Assembly: GCA_043228905.1 (NCBI GenBank)
Contig: JBHGNT010000010.1
Location: 4,216,001 to 4,280,000, forward strand
Source of the DNA: Azolla caroliniana
Taxonomy: Eukaryota > Plantae > Polypodiophyta
Direction: 5' to 3'
DNA length: 64,000 nucleotides
Below are positions 32,202 through 45,436 of the stretch, in pieces. The notes beneath the pieces are model-generated. The model did not search any database, had not been told where the DNA came from, and saw only the letters and a list, made by a program, of their open reading frames with translations. How positions within the stretch are numbered: the stretch's first letter is position 1; each line of letters begins with the position of its first letter. Both the position numbers and the translations under genes were made by a program.

Positions 32202-32820
32202 CCTCTTGTTGAAGTAATTTCATTTTTACTACTAATGCCCAACGTACACTATATGACTCTATCATTGTAATACGAGCATGGTATCTTGCTCACATTGCCA
32301 CATAACCAATGAAAGGGAGAATCTCACCTAGAATATATTGTTCCTCAAGTGCAATATGACAAAACATGAGGACTTTAAGCAAAACGGATTTGATTGTTAT
32401 GTTCTTATTATCACTACATCGAATGTTGACAACCAACCTCTAATTGCACATACTTTACATCTCTATGTAAAATAATCTAATTCATTGCTCAATTGAGTTT
32501 GGATGTGCAGAAGATTAGTTTATCTTGGATGCTTTAAGAACATCTCAACAATGAATTTGGATAATACATAATATTGTTTATGTGAAATTATACCAAGTAA
32601 TATTGGACTTAACAACAATGTCTATTAGACATTGCATTTATAGTCCTTTTTATTCCAAAAATGCATTCACACTCAGAATGAATACTATGTAGAGATGGAA
32701 TTATTGTTATTTTTATGGATTGGCTTGATTTGAACTGCTTAGCTGTACATTTGCTATCATGAACTTGACAACCAATGAATGGAGAGTCTTTTAAAAGGCA
32801 CATATACTCGAGGGGCCTAG

Positions 32821-33296
32821 TGTTAAGAGTCTATTACTAATCAATAGAGCAAAATAAAGTAAAAAAAAAGGAAAATAGATTGGATAGAAGAACCTATTCC
32901 ACCCGTTCACCCTCGAGCTATGATCTAGACATAGCCAACCTACCACCAATGTCCCATATTGCCGGATATTAGGATGACTAATACCTTCGAAAACATAACA
33001 CGATCGTCAAGACGAAAGCCTAGCCCGCACCACCGGTGTCTAAGACAACAACCTTCCGACATAATGTCCTTATGAGGGTAGTTAAGCCTCATATTTATAC
33101 CTTTTCCTAGGCCCCTTGAATAGATGTGCCTTTCTAAAAGGCTCTCCATTCATTGATTGTCTAAATCACAATAGTGCATGCACCTATTATGCCTTCTATC
33201 CAATCACATTAGTACCCTTTTTAACATTACCGAACATACCCTTCACTTATGTAAATATTAGTGACCTACCCTCACCCACGTTATGTGTACATAACA
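32821..33296 (-). mobile_element. Solo LTR (476 bp)
   Basis: TGTTA...TAACA termini; TSD CCTAG (32816-20, 33297-301); TATAAAT on minus at ~33093-33099. Confidence 0.88.
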
Positions 33297-33509
33297 CCTA
33301 GGTAGAGGTATAAATATGAGGCCTAGCTACCCTCATAAGAGACATTACGTCGGAAGGTTGCCGTCTTAAGACACCGTTGGTGCAGGCTACGCTTTTGTCA
33401 CTATGATCATGTTATCTCTTCCAAGGTAATAGTCATCCTAATATCCGTCGGTAAAGGACGTTAGTGGTAGGTTGGCTATATCTTGATCATAGCTCGTAGT
33501 GGTAGGGTG

Positions 33510-33793
33510 TAGGAATCAAAATTGGCTCGGCTCAAGCCTAAACCGAATTGTCAAACCATTTTTAAACGGTTTGGCGGTTTTGTTTGGTTCGATGTAGGCT
33601 TGAGTTTCCTTAACCGGTTTGAGCTCTGTTTGGGATTGCTCAAACCGGTTAAGCCTAGACCGAACTAGTTAGCAAGCTGTTTAAGGCTTAATCCGCTTGG
33701 CTAAACCGGTTCGATTAAGGTTTGGAAACACCCAAATCAGTTTGGGCTTAATCCGTTTGGCCTTGTCCGAAACCGAATTGTTGCCGATTCCTA
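33510..33793. mobile_element. hAT-type MITE
   Basis: Termini TAGGAATC...GATTCCTA; 8-bp TSD GTAGGGTG/GTTGGGTG (one mismatch); internal aaaccg/cggttt subterminal motifs. Confidence 0.8.
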
Positions 33794-36700
33794 GTTGGGT
33801 GGAATGGGTTCTTCTATCCAACCAATGATATTATTAGCAATCATCATATGACTATGAGTTTGACCTTGTTACAAAGAATTGAACTTCATAGCTTTTGGAA
33901 ACAAGTGAACCATTAGGTTTGACAATGATTTTATATTAGTAATAGAATACCATATGTAGAGTGTATATGATATATTATATTATGTTACTAATATGATATA
34001 TATATATCGAATGAAATTATTTTACTAAGTCACAAGTCCACAACTTTTCCAATGATTTTCAATCTTATTTTACTAGCCACAAAACATCAAATTGGGCACT
34101 CATTTAGAAAAGTGATGGGAAAAGCATTCGTTTAAAAATCAAATTTGGCACTTTGCAAGTGTGTGTGCCAACTTTTCATGTTCTAACTTGTTGACTTGCT
34201 TTTGCCTTTTGTACACAGTGATAAATTGTTCATAGAGTATATTAAAGCTAGTAAAACAATGCCACAATATGATTAAACTGGTGTTGTGGCCACATTGACA
34301 AAGTCATTCATGTACATGTTAGGAGTTGCAAACTATTTTCCGAATGTAATGGTTTAAAACAAAGTCTCAATTATAAATTTTACTTAGAAAAAGGAAAAAT
34401 TACTTACCAATTTATGGTTCTTGATATCAACAAGAGACTCTAAAATTGTTACTCTTGGAGTATATGTTTCCACTTTCCACCATTTCAGAGTAACATAATT
34501 TTAAAAAGAAGAGAAAGTATCCTCGATATCAATCCTACTCTTAATGATATTACAAAAATGTCAAATTGCCCATGCTATAAAAAGTAATGCAATTTATGTA
34601 GTTTAGAGGTGATTCATCAATAGTTCTTAAACTCTCTCTAGTCCACCTTCAATTCGTTGCACTTCCAATCAACCACTAAATCCTGTAGTCGCATCTAGAA
34701 TAACAATGAAGTTACTGCGATTTGAACATCAATGCAAACCAAACACATGCCTCACATGTAGTGTGTCTAGGTAATGTCGGTGCTCCCTCAATAATGAACT
34801 CTTACTCAATCCTAACACATACGTAATGAACTAACAATGCACTTAATTCAAAGAAAGATGAGAAAAAGAAAACACAATGAAATTACAAAGACAATATTAC
34901 CAACACAATATGCTTCATTCCTCGACCATGAACCAACGACAATTTTACACACAGTTTATGACTCAAGAGAGCAATTAAGAGGACGAGAGGTAGAGATCTA
35001 GAAGAAGAGACAAAAAGAAACAAATGTAAAAAGCTTATAATTTTGTTTTAATACCTCATTCACAAAATGTTTTTACATTATAATTAAGTCCCTTTCACAT
35101 ATCTTTTGTTCTTAAAGGTTTCGAGGGCCTTTCTTCATACCCCTTGGTGAATGACCCACAAGTTTAGCTTTGGTTGAGAATTGATTGGGATGAATTTAGG
35201 AGGGTATGTGGTGGATGCAAGCAAGTGGGAGTGTTAAGATGTGCGACACTTGTGACCATTAAAAGATGTAAAGGAAATCAAAGGCATTGTGGGGTAACTA
35301 GTTGTATATTACCAATTCCGATGACAAGTTGGGTGGTTGTTGGTTAATGGCCAAAGAAATTGGTGCCCACTGTCATCTAAAAATCATGTAGGTTAAGTTA
35401 TTGACAATATTTGGGCTCGACACTACATACCGATGAGTTGTAATCAAGTAGGCCTTCTATTGAGAAAAACAAAGATTGTAATGAGGTGATTGTAGTCATG
35501 GTACTTGGGACCTTCAAATTTCAATTGTGTATGGAATTCTCAATGATTCTAAGTAGTTCTAGACAAAAAGCTTCATAACTTGTACCATATGTTTCTTCAA
35601 AGGGTCAAGGTCAAAATGATTTGATAATTAAATAAGATGATTGGACTTGTTGCATGTGTGTTAAGTACCTAGCGTACATAGCACGACCCATATTGAAGAC
35701 ATCGACATCGGCTTTTGTACTAAAGACTAAGTGCAAGAACAAATAAAGCAGACAAAATAAAGTTGGTTCTACAACTTTTGTAAATGAGCTACAAAATTCA
35801 AATTTGTGCATTTTTTAGTTTATTCTTGAACTTTTAGTCTTAAGCACCCTTAGAATCCAAGCTAGAGCTCTTCATCTTCCTCTTTCCCTCATACTTGTAG
35901 TAAGTTGAGTGATTAGGGTTAAGTGCTTCTTAACCAAACCCTAATCTCTCTTCTCCATTTGTATGTGTCGTGTGCATTTACACCAATCAAGATGTGATTA
36001 TTTCTTAGTCTCTCAATCTCTTTGTTTGCATCTATTAGTATATGTACATAACATGAAAGCTCATTAGCGTATTGGCATTAGTGAGGTTAAAGCTCTTTGA
36101 GTGACAAGCTCAACATGGGCCGGATCGAGTGAAGAAGCCGAGAGCTAGATCGAACGTAGATGAATCGGCTAGGCTCGGGTCGGCGGAGAGCCGACAAGTC
36201 AATAGGAGCCTATATTCCTATTTTAGTAAATAGGAATATTTAGGTTTTCATGTTAGAAGCTCGTTCATGAGCATTCAAGTACTTGTCAGTACTTGTGTCA
36301 ACCCTCTGTCAAGGCTTGTATAAAAAGTGCTATGTGAGCATAGTTGTATGTACTAAGTCATTATATAATAGAAAAGTTGTTGTCTCCTCATTCCGTCTCT
36401 CTCTCTCTCTCTCCCCCTACATTCTTTGTGTTTACCTGTCTTGTGGTGTCCGACTGAGCTGGATGTGTCTGTTGTTCGTAAACTTCCGCACACATTTCTT
36501 TTCACATGGTATCAGAGCACGAGGGTTGAAGATCCTCTGTAGCCGACAAAGTGAACAAAAACACAGAGACAAACTTTTGTCTTCTAGAAAAGTACAGATA
36601 GGAACATAGACAGAGGTATGGGCAGCTTGACACTTCCAGAGGAGAAGCTCGACAGAAGCAACAAGCATCTTGGTTGTACAAGATGCACCAGTACCTGCTC

Positions 36701-37642
36701 GGACACGGGTACTAGAGCTATGTCGAAGGAGCATTTAACAAAGTACCACCAAAGCCGACACACAGAGACTTCCTAGCTTGGGAGCAAGCAACAAGACTAA
36801 TCTTGTACTGCTTTGCCTCGTGTGTTCACGACCAGATGCTCGGGTACATAAGAGATGCGAAGTACCACCAAAGCCGATAGATAGAGACTTCCTATCTTGG
36901 GAGCAAGCAGCAATACTAACCTTCTACTGCTTTGCCTCGTGTGTTCATGACTAGATGCTCGAGTACATAAGAGATGCGAAGTTGCTGAAGGATGCTTGGA
37001 ATACGTTTGCGTTCACAAGCGAGAGGATCGCGCATTCCACTTATAGATTCCTTTTATAATCTTGCGATTTTAGGCAATTTTTAGAAACTTTATACACCAG
37101 TATCACATGTTTTAAATAACATGTAAAATTTGCTAAATTTTTGAGATTTAAGTTTTAACAAGTTTCAAAATGATAATTTTTAGAATTGAATAGTTTTTCA
37201 ATAAATGTTTAAACATTGATGGTCTGCAGATATAAAATGTGGTTAACTTAAAGAAAATCACAATGGTTAACTCAAGGCACAAGTTAAGATTAATGGTTTC
37301 ACCATCTTGAGGAGATGTAGGTTCAAGAAGTGGAAGTTATATCTATTGTTAGACTTGAAAATGTTTTAAGTATAAGAGGTAACATTGTAATCCTTAATGC
37401 TATCATCTATAAATTTAGTGCTCATTAACATCCATAAATTCACAACTCAAGAAATGTATACAATATTCATAAACAATTTTGATAAACCCATAACTCCTAA
37501 AATGTAGACGATATTCATAAACTATCAAAACTGGCAAAACTACCAAACTTAGATGTAAACATTAATATATCACATAGTTATTAAGGTATCCACAATGCTC
37601 TCCTCTTCTTCATTTTGAGAACTCCCCTACAAAATTTGTGAA

Positions 37643-39140
37643 GTAAATGGCATTTGCAAGGCTTAATTACCATCAACACAATTATTAATGGTTTTTTGTT
37701 AATCAATAAGCACATGTTCACCATAAGGTATCTTGTTGTGCAACATACTTCTTTACAATATCAATATGCATCTTTTACTCTTGTAAAAACAAAGATTTTA
37801 GTACAATTCGAGTTCATGTAAACCCTAAACCTCTTTTATTTGAAAAAAAAGAAGATTTATAAAGATGAACTCCATACATTGTATCGAGTTGATATAAAAA
37901 ATAGATTTTTTATCACAATTCCATACAATGTATCAAATTCATGTTCAATGTTTTTTTCCCGGATTTAAAAAATAAAAAATAAAAAAATTTGAGTTTGAGT
38001 TGATGAAAAGACCAGATTTTTCACCACAATTCAGTACAATGTATCGTGTTCATGTTTAAAGTAATTTTTTTCAAAATTTTTTGATTTTATATTTTGGAAA
38101 AAAAAACTTTAAACATGAATTCGATACATTGTATCGACTTGTGATGAAAACTTTGGTTTTTCCATTACTTCAAATTAAAAAAAAAAAACAAAAAACCCCA
38201 AAATAAATAGAAAACAAATCAAATTTGGTTTTTAAAACCCCCCCCAAAAAAACTTTGAACACGAACTCGATACAATGTATCGAGTTGGTCTTGAAAACTC
38301 TGTTTTTCAACACAATGTATCGAGTTTGTGTTGAAAAGTTGACTTTTCCACATGAACTCGAAAATCTGACTTTTTCATGTAACTCGATACATTGTATCGA
38401 GTTCGTGTTGAAAATCTAACTTTTTCATGTAACTTGATACATTGTATCGAGTTCGTGTTGAAAAACTGAATTTTCTAGATGAACTCCATACATTGTATCG
38501 AGTTCATGTTAAAAAAAAATTTTAAAATTTTATTGATTTTTTTTCTATTTTTTTTGGGTCATTTTTTTTTGTTTTTTTAAAAATTTGAAGTGATGAAAAA
38601 ACCAGAGTTTTCATCACAAGTCGATACAATGTATTGAATTCATGTTTAAAGTTTTTTATTTCCAACCCCCGCCCCCCCCCCCCCCAAAAAAAATAATTCA
38701 AAACAAAATCAAAAAAATTACTTTAAACATGAACTCGATACATTGTATTGAATTGTGGTGAAAATTTTGGTTTTTTCATCAACTCAAGCTTGTTTTTTTT
38801 ATTTTTTTAAATCCGGGGAAAAAAACTTTGATCATGAATTTGATACATTGTATGGAATTGTGATGATTACTCTGTTTTTACATCAACTCGATACAATGTA
38901 TGGAGTTCATCTTTATAAATCTTTTTTTTTTCGAATAAAAGAGGTCTAGGGTTTACATGAACTCGAATTGTACTAAAATCTTTGTTTTTACAAGAGAAAA
39001 AGATGCATATCGATACTGCAAAGAAGTATGTTGCACAACAAGACACCTTATGGTGAACAATTGAAGGTGTGCTTCATTGATTAACAAAAATCCATTGATA
39101 ATTGTGTTGATGGTAATTGAACCTTGCAAATGCCATTTAC
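37643..39140. repeat. ~1.5-kb imperfect palindrome built on a self-palindromic motif
   Basis: gtaaatggcatttgcaagg... (37643) mirrors ...ccttgcaaatgccatttac (39140); about a dozen variants of AACTCGATACA(A/T)TGTATCGAGTT; centre ~38392. Confidence 0.92.
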
Positions 39141-39261
39141 GTGGTCTATAAAATATTCTTGTGGTTCTTAATCACCACTTCAAGCACTTAATGTTGATCT
39201 TCATAGTTTTGTTCATCTACAACAGAGAAACATTTATGTGTAACTAAGGATGACAACACGA

Positions 39262-42200
39262 TGTCGCGTTGTTACGTGCGTGCGTGTAGAAGGGGCGGGA
39301 CCACGGGGATCTCAGACTAGGGAGTAGAGGAGAAAGAATAAGACATGATATGGAGGCTTAGCTCAAGAGGAGAAGAGGAAAGAATAAGACCATGACATAG
39401 AAGGAGAGATCGGCGGAGGCAAGAAACTCCTCAAGTTATATTAAAACAAACGAATGATTACAACAATGGTGGCCGCATGGACCGCACCAAACTATGAGAA
39501 AACCCCAATCGAAACCCTAACCCTAAAGCGGTAAGAACTCTAGACTAAGTGGTATACCTCTCATACGCAAAATAGGCAACCCCTCATAAGTGACCCCTCC
39601 CTTCCTTTTATAGCCCAAGGAGGGAGGGACCTTACAATGTGGGATAAAATTTCCCCTCTTTCTATACACCATATCCTAGTATACATGTGCACATGTTATA
39701 CACCACCGACTTGCCCATTCCACCTCGGTTTCCCCCTATGGACGAAAATCTTCACGACATCCGCCCCCACCAAACCGCACATCCACCGGTATGTGCCAAG
39801 AAGGGGAAATAGGTGAGATTTTCGGCCATGGCGGTCAACCGAGTCCTTAGCGTCTTTGTCAGCTTTGCCCAACTTCGTCTTCCACTTCGAGCAAGCCCAT
39901 CCGTCCCACATCGACCACCTAACCTCCCGGTCCGCCATATCCGTCGTATGCTCTCGAACCATCGGCTCCATCCGATCCACCATACTCGACGGAGTTCACC
40001 GAACCATTGTCTCTGCCCGGTCCACCAGACCTGGTCTTCGCACACCTCTCTTTGTCTTCCTTCGTTTTCTGCGCGCGACCTTGGACCGAATCCTCGTTCT
40101 TCCCAACTGTTTGCCGAATATCGCACCGTGTGCTCTTTGTCCACACATGTCTTGCCTCAGCCACTTCCTCGAATCGGCACTATCGTGCGCCGAACTTCGT
40201 CGTCGATCATCCTCGTGCTCGTCGCTCAGCCCTTACGCGGCCACATCGCACGTCTCGCACTTCGCCCCGCTCTGCGTACTCTTTCGAAAAGGTACGTTGC
40301 TTCCCCGACATCCGCGTCGGTGCTCTCGTCTTCGGTGTCCTCCACAACCTCTGATGTTGCCGCTTCGCCCCAAGGTACACCCTCTTGGTCCGCCTAGCCC
40401 GCTTGGCCGCACACATCCTTTGGGATGCCCCGTTTGCTCTTCACGGTACATGACCCTCCGTTCTCCACGCATCTCCTCCGTTTTCCCAGACACAATACTT
40501 CGTTCATGCCGATCACGCTCGTCTCGTTTTGTCGATCTTGGCGTCTCGTCGCACCGTCCGTCGTCCCGCGCTTGCCTCTCGAAGGCTTCCTCCGACCGTC
40601 ATCATCGGTCACTCGTTGCGGCTCCTTCGAATGCACGCTCATTCTTTGGTCCTTAGGTGACCCCATTACGCGCACCTCGATTCTCCCTTGCTCTCCGTGA
40701 TCTCTCGTAGTAGAGCTTATTGTCATCCCGACCTTCGTGTCGGGGTTCTTCGTGGCTCTCGTTACCGCTTCATCCCGACTCGCATCCTCTTGGCCCGCTT
40801 GGCCCCGCATGTCCTCCGGGACGCCGCTTTTTCTCTCCCCGGTGCATAACTCTTTGCTCTCTGCGCACCATCCTCCGCTCTCGTCGTTCATCCGCCGATC
40901 CCGGCAACTCATCGCTTCGTGTCTTGCAGCGTGCTTGCCTCTCAAAGGCTCGACCGGTCCGCCGTTGCCGATCACTCGTTGCCGCTCTTCCGGCTGCATG
41001 CTTGCTTCTTGGCCCTTCGCCAGCCGTAGTGCATACTTCGTATTACGCGCCTCATCCACCGTAGACCTGACCTCTGCGTCGGTCTCTTCGTCCTTCGTTG
41101 CCATTCACTCTTTCGTCTTCGTTTGGCCCTCTTGGCCGTGCTCGTCCGTCTTCACGCACCGGGTACCTGTTCCGGTAGCCTCGTCCGTTCTGGTCTCCGA
41201 CTCCTTGCCGCCACCCGCCGTCTCTCCGGTCTTATGTTGATCCGCAACCGCCAAAGTCTCTAGAATAGGTGGGGAGGGTCCCGCTCGTTTCCGGTCTTCC
41301 ACGGAACCGTAGTCATCATGCCCACTTGGCCTCCTTCTCGCGCTCACCGGTTCCCACCATGTGTTGCGACTCGTCTTCCCCGATCTCCAATCATGCCGGT
41401 TTGGTCCTTGCCCGGTTTGATCCCGATTGATCATGTTCCGGTTCTTTCGGCTCCCTTCCGTGATCATAACCGGCCGGTAAGGGTTTGGCAAAACAATTCC
41501 GGCCTTGCCGGCTCTTCTTCCATTCGGGCCCGGTTGACCGGCCCTTGCTCCAATCTTCTTCCGCTTTGTCTTGCGGTCGAGTCGGTCCCCGACTCGATCC
41601 TCTTTGCCGCTCCCGACCTCTCCGTCGGTCCTCTTGTATATGCCCATTCTGGGCCTCGCATCCTCCTCTTCTCACATGTTCGCTCTGGGCCATGCCTCCT
41701 CACGGCCACAGTCCTTCTCTCCGGTCTTATGTTGGCATTCGAGCGCAACCGCCGTAGTCTCCGGTCTCAGTGTCGAGGGGTCTCTCCTCCGTCCACTATG
41801 ACTTTCCTCGTCGTCGTTTCGATCGTCCACTTTGCCGCCGCCACCTTCCGTCTCTCCGGTCTCACGTGGGCTCTCGGGGCCGACCGCCGAAGTCTCTAGA
41901 ATAGGTGTGGGAAAAGTCTCGGTACCATCACTCGCCGATGTCATGTTTGTAGCCACCTTTGTTCGGACGCCGTGGTCCGTGGCTATCTTGTCCCTAGTTA
42001 CGCAAGCCTCGGTTATGCTTGCTATCTCCTCGTCCTCGTCCTCGTCTCGGTTGCCCACCTTGCCATCGCCACCACCCATTGCTCTAGGACTCACGCCGGC
42101 ACTCGGGCCGACCGTCGGAGCCTCTAGGACCGGTGTGGGTAAGGACCCGACACCACCGCTCGTTGTGTCCGTAGCCGCCTCCGTTCGGACATCGTTGTCC

Positions 42201-44199
42201 GCGGCTACCCCGCCTTTGATCGCGCAAGCCTCGATTACGCTTGCCGCCGTCTCTTCCATGTCTTCGTCTCGGTTGCCCGCCTTGCCGCCGACACCGCCCG
42301 TCCCTCTAGGTCTCGCGCCGGCACTCGGGCCGACCGCCGGAGCCTCTAGGACCGGTGTGTATAAGGTCGCGGCACCGATGTTTCGGGCCGCCATGTCCCG
42401 AATCCGTAGTTACCGGCCTCCATGGCCGTCCCTTCACCGCAAGGCAAGAGGGTTGCTTGGTCCTGATGGAAATAAATCGACACTTTCCAAACTTCACCTC
42501 TCGGCCACAACCAAGGAAACACACGAATCGTTGTTGCAGAAAATGGGAAATGCAAAAGTAAATAAGTGGACACACGATTTAACGTGGAAAACCCTGTACG
42601 GGAAAAACCACGGGAGTACAAGACTCCGAACCAAAACTATGCACAGAGAAGTATACAATGGCGAGCTGCAAGGCGACGACCTTGAGCTCGCTGTCCTCGC
42701 CACAGGCGGCGGAAATACACAGAGGCGTCGACCTCTTCCTCTCTCTCGCTCTATCTCTCTCACGGCTGCTCTCTCTTCACTCCTCTTCAGTGGAAAAACA
42801 GAAAAATGAGTAGCAACATCAAAACTGTTTGCCCTAAGTCATATTTATACACATATGACTTTAGGGCTATTTACAACTATAGCCTCAAGGGCCCTTGGCA
42901 AACATATTCACAGATATGTCCCCGCATCCGGATCTCTCTCCGGGTACATTCGTCGTCCGGCTCCGAAGTCGGGGTCTTCATTATCCGGTTCCGAAACCGC
43001 AACCGGGCTTGTCGGCATTCATCTCCGACATCCGACCATCCCATCCGAAGGGACCGTAATCCCAACAGGTCCGCACCCTCTCCCATGTCGCCGTCGTACG
43101 CTCTTCTGACCTCCGTATAGGCCCCCGTCTTCTACGCTTAGGGAGGCTTCTTCCTCCGCATCCTCCGATCGCCTCTGGCCCGACTCCATAATAAGCCCTT
43201 CTTTGGCTTCGATTTTCCCCTTCACAAGCTCGCATGCCTCCCGTATTAGCGCTTCTAGGTGGAGCTCCTCTGAACTGTTTTGCGTTGAGCTCTCTTCCAG
43301 CAGTAGTGCGTACTCACTCGCCGCTCTCTCTTCTCCGCCGCTCGCGGGCCGTGTTGTGGCCGACCGCCTCGCATCATGTTGGTGGCACACCCATTCCACC
43401 TCGGACCACTCCTCGGTGAGACCATATGCTCCATAATCATCTTGAAGCTCGAATAAGATGTCTGTCCTCTCCTCTTGATGGATCGTCTTAAAAAAAAAGA
43501 GGACTTTGTCCGCCCCCACCGATCTCCGATTTCGCTCTCAGAGTTGAGAGAAACGACGCTCGAACTCTCGGAATGCCTCCATCGCGCTCTGATGGCGCTC
43601 CATCGATGCCACCCATCGGTCCAACTCATGCCGACCTCGCCCGTCCGGTTTCACATACCCGTACACTTCCAGTAGGGCTCCCTCAAAGGCCACCCACGAC
43701 TCATGGGCTTCTCGTAGCTCCTTGACCTCCTTGTGCACCGGTACAGCTGCCACTCGAGGAAAATATTCTAGCCGCATCGCCTCGTCCACGCCCCCTTTCG
43801 CCATCTCGGCCTTTTAGGCTCCCAAAATTTTTAGGACCTCATTCCCATTGAACCGGCCGACTCGATCGACCACCCTTTCGACGGCTTGTTGAGCCGCATC
43901 TCACTTCGCCATCTTCCGTCTGGCTTCCAAACTATGAGAAAACCCTAACCGAAACCCTAACCCTAAAGCGGTAAGAACTCTAGACTAAGTGGTATACCTC
44001 TCATACGCAAAATAGGCAACCCCTTATAAGTGACCCCTCCCTTCCTTTTATAGCCCAAGGAGGGAGGGACCGTACAATGTGGGATAAAATTTCCCCTCTC
44101 TTTCTATACACCATATCCTAGTATACATGTGCACATGTTGCACACCACCGACTTGCCCATTCCACCCCGGTTTCCCCCTATGGACGAAAATCTTCACGA
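39262..44199 (-). mobile_element. Non-autonomous Gag-only LTR retroelement F (TR-GAG/LARD-like)
   Basis: 3' LTR 39262-39759 (TGTCG...CGACA) after purine-rich GGTGGGGGCGGA; ~270-bp partial 5' LTR ~43927-44199; probable TSD CACGA; degenerate Gag-like frame (GRFNGNEVLKFL..EMAKGG..RLEYFPRV..SWVAFEGALLEVY) ~43070-43912; no pol motifs found. Confidence 0.75.
42464..43067 (-). mobile_element. Solo LTR (604 bp), Copia-like, inside element F
   Basis: TG...CA termini; TSD GGTCC (42459-63, 43068-72); contains gatttaacgtggaaaaccc...gggaaaaaccacggg typical of plant Copia LTRs; TATAAAT on minus at ~42843-49. Confidence 0.85.
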
Positions 44200-45436
44200 A
44201 AAGAAACATAACTCAGGTGACAAGGAAACATGCAAGAACGTAGGGTGGGATATTAATAGCTACACATATAGATGGCCATGACCTAGGGCACCAATTCTAC
44301 ATTGGTAAAGTTTTGGACGTGGTGATGCATTAAACCTTTGTAATACATCTATCATTGACATTAGTGAGGTGGATATCATTGTGTATGACTTTACACTAAC
44401 AAAAGTTGGATGTTTAAAGACGACAACAATAGACATAATAAAAGAGATATTACCAAGTCTAGAAGATATCTCAGATTGAAGGCGAATAATGATTTGATTG
44501 GTACATTTCAAAATGAGGAGGAAGAGTCACAATTGTATATTAGCCATAGTACTGATTCTCATGAAAGGAATGATGATAGTGATGCAAATAACTCCTAAAT
44601 GTATTTTTTGTGCAACGATATGTAACAAATTTAGACAACATTTTATCGAATGAAATAAAAATGTTGATTGTTGGAGACGGTTTATGTCATTGCCACTACA
44701 AGATCAAGCCAACATACTCCATGGCATCATGGGCAGATGGAATATGAGATCGGAAATCAATAATGCTCTACTGGTTAGGGAAGCCGCTACTCATAAGACG
44801 ACAATGGAGAAATGGATAGGCTATGAGGAGGAGGGATCTTTGATCCCGAGAGGTAGGGTATCACCAGACAGGATCGAAGGCTCTGAATTTCGAGACACTG
44901 AGACACCAACACAAAATAACGCAAGTATACTCGCGTATACTGGTCATAAATGGATTGTAGATCTTGATCCGATCAAAGTACAACCTGATTGGCACATATG
45001 TACTCATGAAAACACATGGCTACGTAAGGTCAGTTGGGACCCTTTGCAATGGACATGGCAGCAAGGAAGCAAACCTATCCCTTTCTTCCAATTCACAACT
45101 AGATTGGGTCGCCACATCCTAGCTGCTCAAATTGCCCGAGAGTCGGTTGCTGCAAAGGTCTGGCACACATATCAAGTTCCTCACACAATTGTCACCAAGT
45201 TTTGGCAGAAAATCTGGAAACAACAACACGCGAGGCGAATTACCACATTCCAATGGCTATTAATACATAAGTCACTACCGGTGGGAGCATGGCAATGTGG
45301 GAACCTTAGCCCTCCTAATTGTGTAGAGTGTCCAAATGCAATAGAATCAATACGACATGCTTTGTGGGACTGCCTAGCGTCCCATCGAATATGGCGGGGG
45401 GTTGGCCGCTTGTTGCAATTATGCCAGGTGTTGTCA

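Larger units (their letters stand above)
32745..33822 (+). mobile_element. Older LTR copy (left boundary approximate) split by a solo LTR and a hAT MITE
   Basis: 32767-32820 and 33297-33822 join into a plus-strand homologue of the inserted solo LTR and of 2529-2959. Confidence 0.7.

Noticed and set aside
34700-36050. Possible old LTR-element remnants
   Set aside because: No termini, TSD or convincing protein motif.
37860-38910. CRISPR-like array of palindromic repeats
   Set aside because: Eukaryotic context, spacers irregular and mirrored rather than unique, no cas genes.
39696-42809. Plus-strand ORFs of 100-325 aa
   Set aside because: Antisense shadows of GC-rich element F; one runs across a solo-LTR junction.
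43915-43935. Splice-junction origin for element F's 5' LTR deletion
   Set aside because: A donor-like GT lies at the breakpoint, but an RNA lacking U5 and PBS could not give a TSD-flanked copy with an intact 3' LTR; post-insertion deletion is simpler.
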